From assembly GCF_009914755.1 (NCBI RefSeq), contig NC_060934.1: 64,000 nucleotides of DNA, one strand, 5' to 3'. The stretch's first letter is position 1, and each line of letters opens with the position of its first letter. This document shows positions 53,001-64,000 of this stretch, one piece after another. The notes under the pieces were generated by a model. It searched no databases. It saw only the letters and a program-made list of their open reading frames with translations, and was not told where the DNA came from. The stretch is from the human T2T-CHM13v2.0 reference genome, Homo sapiens. A program made the translations under genes and the position numbers.

Positions 53001-56000
53001 CTTTTCTTCTGCTAGCTTTAGGTATGTTTTTTTCTTATTTCTCTGGTTCCTTCAGATGTATTGTTAGGCTGTCAATTTGTGATCTTTCAGAATTATTGAT
53101 GTTGGCATTTTGCACTGTAAACTTTCCTCTTAGCTTTGCTTTTGCTGTATCCCAGAGGTTTTGATAACTTGTGTCACTGTTGTTATTCATTTCAAAAATT
53201 TTTTAAATTTCCACCTTAATGTCATTGTTAACCCAAAAATCATTCAGGAGTAGATTGTTTAATTTCTATGTATTTGCATAGTTTTGAGGGTTCCTTTTGG
53301 AATCGATTCCTAGTTTTATTTTACCGTGGTCTGACAAGAAACTTAATATGATTTTGATTTTTAAAAATTATTGAACTTATTTAGTGACCTATCATATAAT
53401 CTATCTTGGAGAATCTTCCATGTGCTGATGAGAAGAATGTATATTCTGTAGTTCTTGGGTAGAATGTTCTGTAAATATCTGTTAGGCTCATTTTTTCTAG
53501 ACTGAAATTTAAGTCTAGTGTTTCTTTGTTGACTTTCTGCTTTGATGATCTCTCTAGTGCTGTTAGAGGAGTGTTGATGACTCCCACTATTATTGTGTTA
53601 CTATGTATTTTCTTTTTTAGACCTGGTAGGAATTGCCTTATGAATCTGTGAGCTCTAGAGTTCGGTGCATATAAATTTAGACATGTTATATCTTCTTGTT
53701 GAATTTATCCTATTTTAATTACATAATGACCTTCTTTGTCCTTTTTTAATATTGTTGCTCTAAAGTCTATTTTATTTGTTTTAAGAATAGCTACTCCTGC
53801 TTGCTTTTGGTTTCCATTTGCAAGAAATGTCTTTTTTCACCCCATTAGCTTGAATCTATAAGAATCTTTACATGTGAGGTATGTCTTCTGAAGATAGCAG
53901 GTATCTATTTGGCTTGCAAATTTTTAAAATCCATTCTGTCAGTGTGCATCTTTTTAAAGTGGAGCATTTAGACCAGTTACATTAAACATTGAGATGTGAG
54001 GTGCTGTTCTAGTCATCATATTGATTGTTACTTAGTGACTTTGTTTTCTTCATATTGTTATTGTTTTATAAGCCCTGTGAATTTTATGCTTTCAGGAGTA
54101 TTTATTCTGGTGAGTAACAACAACTTGTTTCAAGATTTAGTATTCTATTTAGCACTTCTCATAGAGCTGGTTTAGTATTGACAAATTCCTTCACCATTTA
54201 CTTGTCTGAGAAAAACTATTTCTCCTTTATCTATGAAAGAGTTTTGCTGGACACAAAATTCTTGACCAACAGTCATTCTGTTCAGGAGACTAAAGATAGG
54301 ACCCCAATTCCATCTGGCTTATAAGGTTTCTGCTGAGAAGTCTGCAGTTAGTTTGATTGGTTTTCTGTTATAGGTTACCTGATGCTTTTATTTTACTGCT
54401 CTTAGAATTTTTTCCTTCATGTTGACTTTAGATAGCCTGATGAGTATATGCCTTAGTGATGTTTTGTTTTTGCAATGAGTCTCTCAGGAGTTCTTTGACC
54501 TTCTTATATTTGGATATCTATGTCACTAGCAAGTCCAGGGAAGTTTTCCTCCCTGGAAATTTTCCTCAAATAGACTTTTGAAATTTTTGCTACGTTTTTC
54601 TCCCTCAGGAATATCTACAATTCTTATGTTTGGCCATTTTATATAATCCACATATTTCTTGAGACTTTCCTTCTTCTTTTAATTCTTTTTTGTTTACTTT
54701 TGCTGTGCTGATTGGGTTAATTTGAAAGCCTTGTTTTTGAGTTCTGAAATTCTTTCTTCTGCTTGGTCTAATCTATTTTAAAAGCTTTTCACTGCATTTT
54801 GTAGTTGCCGAAATGTGTAGTCTTTCATAGAAGTTCTGATTGGCTTTCCTTTAAAATATCCACCTCTTTAGAAAAGTTTTCATTCATGTCCTGAATTAAA
54901 AAAAATTATGTTGGTTTTCAACTTTATGTTAACTTAATAATCAACTTTTTTGAATTATTTATCTGGTATTTTATGTTGGTTTTCAACTTTCTCTTATGTC
55001 TCCTTGATTAACATAATAATCAACTTTTTGAACTCTTTATCTGGTATTTCAAAGATTTCATCTTGATTTGGATCCACTGCTGGAGAGTCAGTGTGATTGA
55101 TTTTTTTGAGTTGTCATAGAACAACTCAAATGTTTTTTATGTTTCCAGAATTGTTTTTATGGTTCCTTCTCATTTGTGTAGGCTATTTCTTCTAATTATT
55201 TTAAAATTAGTTTTTGATTCAATTGGGTTTAAAAAAATTTTCCTCCTTGAAGATGTGACTTTAACATTTATAGTTTATTTACACTTAGTTTCAGCTCTGG
55301 GTGGTTTCAAGTGGCAAAGACTGTATGAGTTTCTTGGTTATAGAGAATCATTGTGAAGTGTCTTTCTCAGATGCCGGTTGTAGTGGCAGTGGGCTGGGTG
55401 TGTGAGTAGGTTCACTGTCTCCTAAGGGGCTGGAATGGCAGAGGTCTCATGAAGCTTATTTTGTTCCCCAGTGGTGTGCACCTTTAAAAGTTTTTCTTCC
55501 AGCATTTTATTCAACGGGTTGAGTAGTTCAGGCTTCAGGCCAGTAGGAGGTGCCCACAGATAAACACAGGTTGTGGCTAAAGCGGGTGGGTAAATGTAAT
55601 ATCCAACGATTGGATGAAGTCCCAGCCTTGACAGAGGCAGCTGGCAAAGCTCTCTGTGAAATACACTGAGGTCTTTTCATGGGGAAGTGAAGGAGCCACC
55701 CCAGCTCTCCTTCCAGGCAAAGCAGGAAAGCAATCCACCTCCCAGTCACACTGCTGACCTGGTGTTCTAGCTTTTCAGATCAAACAGGTATCTCTTTCTA
55801 TCTGCAAGAATGCTGATGTTCCCTCTAAAGAAGGGTTGTAGCTCTACCTCTTGTGTAAGTCTGAACCTGTATGGCACACTTCCTGTGGATAGTTACCTTG
55901 GAGTGTTCCAGAAAGTCTGTCTACAGATGCATCCATGCTGAGCTCCCATGAGAGAAGCCCCAGCTCTCTGCAGTGTTGGGTGAGGGGAAAAAGAAATCAC

Positions 56001-57748
56001 CTTCTCAAACCTTTCATGAGCGCTGTTTGACTGTTGGGGTAGAGCTGCAGACTTTCCCCACTGAGCCCAGCACTGCACTTGTGTCTCTCCCGAAAGAAAC
56101 TTCTCACAAGTGGGAAGTTAAGGGACTCAAGGCCCATGGTCTGCTTTCTTTTATACCATGGGATGCTCCCTTAATGTGGTTCACTACTCTTTCCCCAAAA
56201 AATAGTAGTCCCTGAAAGCCAGGCTATTCTGAATTCTACTGCTCCTCTAGGTCTAGCTGTCCAGTGGGGCTGCCACAGTTCAGGCTGTACTGGAGAATAT
56301 CTGCAAGGGATCCAGTGATGTGAACTGTCCTCTAGTTTCCCAGCACCAGGTGCCAGCATTACCTCTGATGGGGGTGGGTGGGGAGTGACACAGACTCTGA
56401 GATTTTCTTGGTTATAAATAGCTTTAGTGTTTTGGTTTTCTCAAATGCCAGCTGTAGTAGTAGTGTATTGGGCACATAGACAGACTCAAGACGTCCTATT
56501 TAGCTAAGGTAATACTGGCAATGGCAATAGCTGAGGTTGCATAAAAGTTTTTGGCTTCCTGAGTGCTGGGTTATTGTTTATGCAGATGTTTTAATGGGCT
56601 GTGCCGGTTGGCCTCCAGCCAGTAGGTCATGGCTTGTAGAAAAGCACCAGCTGTGGAGGTAGTGGTAGAATTTGTGCTTGCTTTATGTCACTCAGGGGAG
56701 GTATTCCTGTGTCTCAGGTAGGTAATGGGTAGGGCCATGGAGCTCCCAAACATCCCTGTATATTGCACTGTGCTACCAGGGCAGGTGGAGGGGCAAAGCT
56801 GGGTATGGGCTAGGTCAGGCAACTCCTTGCTCTGGCTCCTCACATGCAGGCACAAGCAGCGGCCCCAGTGAGGATCATAAGTCAATTCCTTGGCTACTGG
56901 GGTAATATTTCAGGGAGTAGCACAGCTGCCTCTGTTGCACAGAAGAATCCGCATGGGATGCAGGGGTTAGCAAGCAGCAGTAAGCCCCACTCAGCTCCCA
57001 TGCACTTGGCAAGGCATGTATCCCACTCATAATGTTCGCTAAAAGCAGCAGGCTGGGTTCCAGGTAGTCTGTACGTAGAACTAAAAACTGCCCCAGGCCA
57101 TAAGCCATCCCAGTGGAGACCAGTGAAACCACAGCTTTCAGGCCGCACCCCTTCTGGTCTACCTGTGAAGCAGGAGTGCCCAGCTCCTGCGCCCATGGCT
57201 ATAGCAAACTTACTACTTGCCCCTCATTTCTGGCCAACAGGGTTTATCCTCACTCAAGGTTATAATCTCATATCTCAGATGGGAGCTTCTCTCAACCTGT
57301 GACTGCAGCTTGAGTTAGCTGGTAGACTTCTGTGAGGTCCCCTGTGAGGTAGGATCAGGAATGGCTTCCCTCTGTCCTTGCTGGAGTGTGAAAGTGCAGG
57401 CAATGTGCATCCTGATACCGCTTCTTCTCACCCCATCACTCGCTAAATCAGCTCCAGCACTGGGTAGTGTTAAGATCTGCCTCCATGGCCTGAATTGCCC
57501 GGCTCTCCGGTGGGAGTGTGTGTCACGGTGGCAGTCTCTCCCCCTCTCACACACTCTGGAGACTCACAGTTTTCCATCTGGTTCACAGTGTAGGCTGCTG
57601 TTTCTTCTTTCAAAGGGTCTGTAGTTTCTTTCAGTTTTTCTGTTAAGTTCCTGTGTTGCTTCTTAGAAAGAAGTGCACATTGTGAATCTCTGCACACTAT
57701 TTTGTCTTTCCAAGTGGGAGAGGCAGGCTAACAATGCCTCCAAACCAC
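50080..57748 (-). mobile_element. Near full-length L1PB3/4-like LINE-1 (degenerate ORF1, ORF2, long 5'UTR)
   Basis: 3' end gttacatggatgaattgtataatggtgaagtc; ORF2 remnants ([21 protein letters not shown]; FSSAHGRFSKID); ORF1 near 54.2-55.1 kb; GC-richer 5'UTR to ~57745. Confidence 0.9.
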
Positions 57749-57860
57749 TGGGCCATTTTAAATAACACATAGGCCAGATTTTCAGTTAACACAATTCTTA
57801 AAACACCTGCAACTTAGCATGCTTCTATTTGACATCATTTGGGGGTCTGTTACATTATTT

Positions 57861-57900
57861 GAGAAGTCTGCTGTTAGTCTGATAGGTTTTCCTTTATAGG
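57861..57900 (-). mobile_element. Isolated 40-bp L1 ORF1 snippet
   Basis: gagaagtctgctgttagtctgataggttttcctttatagg resembles 54335-54374 of the neighbouring L1. Confidence 0.7.
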
Positions 57901-58227
57901 CTAGGGTATGCATTTGAAGACTAGTTAGCATATCCACTCTATTTCATTTATCTAATTATCCCATCACTCTCATAATCCAAAAGTCAGACACGAAGAAAAG
58001 GAAGAATACCAGCATATTTGGATGGGAATAAAAGACAAGAAATTTCTTGAGCATCAATATTAGGTGCATGAAATCTTGGGTAATCTAAGGTACAAAGTAG
58101 GAGTTGGACTTTTGAGGATGGACAAGGCAAAAATTCATTACAATTGAACCTAATTATAAGGATATTGCCAAGATATTGCTAGTGGGAGTACAGTGGAGAT
58201 AAAAGAAGGTCTCTGTGTCTGAAGCCA

Positions 58228-58700
58228 ACATCAGTTAAAGTGCCTTTGGTTATAAAAACCCAAAATTTAACTCAAACAGACTAGTAATTAAATACATTTG
58301 TTAACTCAGGTAACAGAAAAATTCTAGTTTTGTTTCTTAAGTAAGGATAGATCTGACAGCTCAACAATGTCATTTAAAATGTATCTTGTTTTTCTTTTCC
58401 CTTGATTTACATTGTGCTTTCTGAGTTTCACTTTGTCCTGAAGTTGGTTTCCTTTATAGTTATAAGAGGGCTTCCAGTGATTCTTAGGTTTATAAGGGTC
58501 ATTGGTCACATCACATCCAGAGAGAGGGGGATCAAGGAGAAGATGGGGATAAATAGAGGAGAGGGGAAGCAGAAAAAAGAAAGAGGGATGAAAGGGGTGG
58601 GAAGTTCCCTAGCTAGCTAATGAAATTCTTCTATTTCACTTTGATTGTGGCAATATATATCCATGCCCAATAAGGGAGTTGGTTTGGGTTAATCAGTACC
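58228..58700 (-). mobile_element. Old MaLR LTR (MLT1J/L-like)
   Basis: cagttaaagtgcctttggtt..aactcaaac; cagctcaacaatgtcat. Confidence 0.5.
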
Positions 58701-59469
58701 TGCCCCTACCCCATGAAACTGAGAAAGTGAAATAGACATGAGAAAAACCAATAGTGTTTTCTACATTAACATTTTCTCTTTACTATAAACACCCATGGTT
58801 GTTCCTCTACATATCATTGTGCATCAACATCAAGGAGCTTCCCCTCCCTTGGGTTAGAAAACCAGTGCACATATTTGACTGGGTTTAACTCATCAGTGAT
58901 AAAAGCACCTATTCCTTTTTACAATTTTCAAGAGTGGAATATACAGTCTTAAGAAATGGCATACAAGTTGAGATGTTGTCATATTAACAGAAATAATGGC
59001 AGCTGTTTAATCTGTTCTAAAACATATGATTTAACATGCTTTGACTCATCATTTGTTTCCATTGCTTTTTCCCTTAGATAAGATCACTTAAAAACAGTGT
59101 TAATCAGATAAAAGGAAGGACCATCCCACACATTTCAATGGGAAAAAAGCCAGTGGGCTCAGTGTACTGTGATATATGAATTGTTTTTGTGATTCCCATC
59201 ATAAACGCTGCCTTAACTGTGTTATTTTTTTAACTATAAAGTAGAAAAAAATAAATTACTTTGCTCTTAAGGAGTATAAAGAAATATTGAAAGGAGTAAG
59301 ATTTTTTGAAAAAAAGTTTGGTAGCCTAAAATATGTTTAGATAATATTGAAGTTTGTGAACTGCTAATTCAATGGTATTGTTTCAATCAAATTATAATGT
59401 AAAATATCTGTTATGTGTTTAAAGTATGTTTTACAGGTATAAACTAAGTTGAAGGCTTCCCAAAATAGA

Positions 59470-59640
59470 ATATTAAATCTAGAAGGAATATTAGACATCT
59501 AGTCCAAATCTACCCACTTACAAAGGAGGGACTGAAGAATCTGAGAGTTTAAGGTTCAAGTGACTTGCTTAAAGCCACATCATTAATTAGTGAAAGAAGA
59601 CTAGAGCACCCATTTCCAGACTGGAAGCCCACTGCTCTTT
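59470..59640 (-). mobile_element. MIR
   Basis: aagtgacttgcttaaagccacatc..attagtg. Confidence 0.55.
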
Positions 59641-60799
59641 CTTGGTTTGACATACATGAAATATGAAATCACCCGTACCAGACAACTGGATACTGGCAAA
59701 ATACATGTTACATATTTCATTTTGAGACAAAAGTGAAATTCAGATTATCCTACCATTTATCAAAGTGTATAATTAAAGCAACATACATCCATCTAGATAC
59801 AAATCTGATTATGATTCGGTTAAAACAGTCTAAAAAGTGAATTAGGAAAATATACAACAATGAGAAAAATGAGGACCATGAATCAGAAAGCCAGCTTTAC
59901 ATTTGATTCAGTGAGGGTAATTTCATTTATTAAAATTGCTATGGCATTTATATTTTAACATAGTCATGTAACATGTGAGGATAATGTTAAAAATAGTTAT
60001 AGTTTGCCTTATTTCTAGAGGGAGAAAAAATACTTTTCAGTAGTTCTAAAGAGGGAGAAAAAACAGTATTAGAAAAATTATAATTATAAAGGCCATAAAA
60101 TATCTTCCTAACTGATAATGCATTTGATTAATAGAGGGAGAAAAATGGCTTATATATGTGCAGATATAAAAAGAGATGGCATTGCTAATATATCTAAGGC
60201 ATCAAAGTTGTTTGTGGAATCTATAAACACAGGGACTTAGTTTTTCACACAGAGTACAATTTAATAAGGTTTACTGAGTGGGAGTGGTTTTAAATGATAA
60301 TTATTTTCCTGTCTTCTCTTATTAAGAAAATCAAAACAACAGTTTTGTCCCATTTTGCTGACACTGGTTTCTGTAGTGTGATTTCTATTGAAGCGGGAAA
60401 GAACAGAACATCATCTGTATCATTTTAAGAACTTGAGTTGTCTCCTAGAATTGTTTATAATTGCCCTTGCAAAAGAGAGCAGCCTCAGCAGGTTGGAAAA
60501 TTACCAATCAGTCAACAAGTGTTTATTGAACTCCAGCTATGTGTTCAGAATAGTACTGAGTGGTATATAAAACATATTTTTCCCCCCTTGGGGACTTTCA
60601 GTGGAAGGAAGATTGTTGGGAATATTATCAACGCACATGGAATAAAGAGCAATTAAGTACCTTCATAATTAAATATGGTCTATCAGTGCAATTACATATC
60701 AGAAGGAAAAGATATCATTTTGAATAAGAGCAGCCTGAAGGCAACATGAGAGAGATAATAAAATCTCAAAATCATTAATGATGGAAACTGCTTTACTTG

Positions 60800-61485
60800 A
60801 TCACTGTTCTTAAAGCAACCCATTCATCTGTTGGCTGCTCTGACTCTAGAAGAGATGCTCTTGACATTGACCTGAAACTTACCCCTCTTTTACCTCCAGC
60901 TATCCACCCATCTTTAGCTAACTCTCAGCTGTTCCAGCCCTTTCCTGTGGTGGAATTTTAATGCAGCAATAATATTCCCACATAGTATTCTCTCTTTATC
61001 CTGTCAGCAATGATAATGATGCCATCCTGATATTCATCATTTTTTTGCTCTATACTTTGTTAAAATCCCCTTAAATATAATATTCAGAAATAATACAACA
61101 CTCCAAATAAGCATTGGCGAGTTAATAATACACAGGAAAAAAATCTTTTTCTTGATCTGAACACTATATTTCTTTAACTACAGAATAAGAGTATGTTAGT
61201 TTTATTGCCCGTATATAACCCTATCAGCTCATATTGAGTTTTAGCAAGTTTTATTTGACCTCTCCCATGAATTGCAGTCAAGCAAATTTGTAAGGACTTA
61301 TAAATACAAGCGATGAATTTAATTGGAATGTAGACTTTATAGTTATTGCTGTTAAATGTTCCTTGTTGATTTCTGAATCATTATTCTAGCTTGGCAAAAA
61401 AAAAAAAATGGTGACTCATGACTCAACCATCCATAACATTAGCTTTTCCTCCTGAATTTACATTAACCACAAATTTAATAAATTA
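60800..61485 (-). mobile_element. L3/CR1 LINE relic
   Basis: ctgttaaatgttccttgttgattt...ttagcttttcctcc..aaatttaataa resembles the antisense L3 RT region. Confidence 0.55.
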
Positions 61486-61489
61486 GATA

Positions 61490-61612
61490 TCTGGTTTTTC
61501 AACAGACCTATACAATAATACTTTTCATAGGATTGTTGTGAGAATACAAATAAAATAAGATCATGAAAAAAGTATTTATCACAGTTTTTAGGAAACAGAA
61601 GTTCCATAAATG
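61490..61612 (+). mobile_element. MIR 3' part
   Basis: cataggattgttgtgagaatacaaat..aagtattt. Confidence 0.6.
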
Positions 61613-62497
61613 TCAGATTATTTTCCTTTCTTCAAAAAATATTTGAAAAGGACATAAGCAAGTTCAGAATCTCCTTCAGGATAAAATTTACCTACTTACC
61701 AAAACCCTTTGTGTCAACCTCCTACAATGTTCCCCAATTGTACTAACATCCAACCTCCACTTTTCCATCCTGGTCACAAATATATAATTGAAGACCACAT
61801 TGATAAAATGTATCATTGTATCAGAATGTATATGACAGATAGAATGCATATGGGGAGTCAAAACATATAGAATTAAATAAACATAGGCCAGTCCTCTACA
61901 GAGTTATAAGCAAAAGCTGAGACACAGAAATATAATTGGTAAATTTAAAAGATGAAGGGATGGATATATGTTAGTGTGGGTTGAAGAATGGTAATTTGTG
62001 CTGGGTTTTAAAACAATAAAAGGAGATGGGAATTGATACAGAAAGCAATAGCAGCCACTGGATGACTTTATGTCAAGGTTTGGCAGAAAGAGGTGGGAGA
62101 CACCAAAGTGTCTGCACAGGGTAAATATATTAGGCATATAAGTTAGAGAAGACTTTCATGGAGGTAGGAGGTAAGCTACTGTAATAATAGAGGCCAGAAG
62201 CAATGAAAATCTAGTTTGAAATAATGGTAATGATAACCGAGTAAAAGTTGTGACTTCTGAATTCACCCATTATGGACAATGAAGAAGAAGGCAAATTCAA
62301 TAATTTTCAGAATCATGCCACTAAGAAATTTATAAGACGGAAAGGAAAGAACATTTGAGCCATATTATGGAATAAAACAAATTTAATTTTTATAATTTTC
62401 AATGTGTGGGGCTTTGACCATTGCATCAGCATTATGTAAGAATTTATTAGAAAAGCCAATTCATAGGATCTTGCTTAGACATACTGAATTCACCAAT

Positions 62498-62688
62498 ACT
62501 GGTGTGTTGGTGATGGTGGCAGGGCAGGGTGAGAACAGAACTAATCTGTAACGTTGAAGATTTCTGACTTTTCTGATTTTTGTACTCCCACCATGGCCAG
62601 TTTCAAGTCACTGGTGACATAGAGTTGTGAATAAAAGTGCACATTCTGCTCCCCAGACTCTCTACTAGGCCACTCATGCACACCACTG
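62498..62688 (-). mobile_element. MER63-like DNA transposon
   Basis: tactcccaccatggccagtttcaag ... gcacaccactg terminus. Confidence 0.7.
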
Positions 62689-62689
62689 G

Positions 62690-62870
62690 CTCCAGGTGAA
62701 TCTGTAGTTTGCATCAGAATCAGCTGGATGATGATCAAAACACAGTTGGACCACATCACCAAAGTTTCTGTTTCTTTAGATCTAGGGTAGGGCCTCAATA
62801 TTTGCATTTCTAAGTTTCCAGGTGATTTTGATACTCCTGGTCTGGGGACCACACTTTGAATATCACTACT
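62690..62870 (-). mobile_element. MER5A
   Basis: tttgcatttctaagtttccaggtga..tggtctggggaccacactttga. Confidence 0.8.
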
Positions 62871-62989
62871 TTAAGTGTCCCTTAAGCCACCTTATTTAGA
62901 AATTTAATTAGCATACAGAGCCGTAATTGCCAAAGTCACATTGAATCAAAGTGTTTTTATTACTTCTGTTTGTGACCAAAATCCAAAAA

Positions 62990-64000
62990 AGCAGTCTCAA
63001 GTTCTCATCATACTTAAGGTCTCAAGCAGGAATTGCCATAGGTTAAACATATCCTTCTTGAAACTATTTCCTTAGTGTTCCACTATCCACAATCTCGTGA
63101 TTCTCTTTTTCCTTCTTTGGCTATTCATTCTCAGTTGTTTTCTGTAGATTACTCCTTCCCTGATAGCTGAATTTTGAACTAGGCCTCATTGCTTTCCTTT
63201 TCTGATGGCTGAATCCTCCCTCTATGTTATATTATCCCTATCCCATCCAATGGTTTTAAATATCAAAATGTTAACGACTCCAAGTTTTCCTGCCTAAAGT
63301 TCTTCTCTGAACTTCAAAGTAGAAATATCTCTTCCACCTGACACTTCCATTTGGGTATCTGAAACAATACTGACCAAACGGAATTTGTTTCTCCCCTGCA
63401 CCTCATGACATCTCCTCAAATCTTTCCCAGCTCAGTAAATGGCAACACTATCCACTGTGATGCTCTGACCTGGAACCCCAGAGAGTCTACACCTCATCTT
63501 GCCCTTTTAGCACATTCTACATCCACTAATTCCTATTACCACTCTTTCCAAAACATTTTCTCAATGTGACAAGTTTCATTGTTTCCACAACCACCACCTT
63601 TGGTTAGTCCACTATGATTCTTTCCCAGACAATTTCAATAGCTTCCTACTTCCATCTTGTACCCTTATAATCCATTTGTCATACAGCCATCATGGATCTG
63701 ATTAAATTCTTCCTGTTTTACTGCAGTACCCTTAGAATGAAATCTCCTTCCAAAGCATAGCCCTACATGACCTGGTCCTTGCCCTATCTTCCCTATTCCC
63801 TACTCAAGTCTGCATCTCTTCATTCAAACAGGTTGCAGTCATCCCATCTGGATGCTTTTGCATTTGTTTCTTCTGCCTGAAAAGCTCTTCTCCTAGAATT
63901 TTACACGGTTTTTTCCTTTATGCTATAAAACTGTCAATTCAAATGTCACCATCTGTAGCAAGGCATTTTTGTTTTTTGCACACAGTCCTTTTCTATTTCA
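62990..64000 (+). mobile_element. L2 LINE 3' half
   Basis: ctcagtaaatggcaacactatccac; cttagaatgaaatc..ccctacatgacctgg; aattcaaatgtcacc. Confidence 0.75.

Noticed and set aside
55500-57700. GC-richer block with many short ORFs as a promoter or CpG island
   Set aside because: It is the L1PB 5'UTR, and CpGs are depleted.
59078-61769. Exon-like segments at ~59.1 kb (+), 59.7 kb (-) and 61.7 kb (-)
   Set aside because: Each has only one good splice site or ambiguous boundaries; not supportable without RNA data.

Overview
AT-rich, CpG-depleted primate (human/ape-type) nuclear DNA, dominated by interspersed repeats: about 13 Alu/FLAM copies (AluY, S and J types, several with target-site duplications), a young 5'-truncated L1PA4/5 with a 17-bp TSD, a near full-length L1PB (~50.1-57.7 kb), an L1PA15/16, L1MA and older L1M/ME copies, MaLR/ERV solo LTRs, MER DNA transposons, MIR/L2 and two ancient CR1/L3 relics. 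I found no intact single-exon gene, RNA gene, CpG island or CRISPR array. Nearly all ORF-track entries are repeat-derived or chance ORFs. In the unique DNA there are several short segments with good splice signals on the minus strand (23-88, 7711 to ~7385 with stop and AATAAA, 26947-26979, 32458-32489, 32616-32668 and weaker ones). These suggest a small-exon protein-coding gene that I could not name. Up to three plus-strand exon-like segments could belong to an antisense transcript. Structural oddities seen directly in the sequence include a perfect 48-bp palindrome, a 31-bp inverted repeat with an internal third copy, a six-copy repeat-spacer array derived from L1, a 40-bp orphan L1 snippet and a MER53 miR-1302-like hairpin. 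I see no clear evidence of a new biological system. Repeat subfamily calls and boundaries are by eye and approximate.
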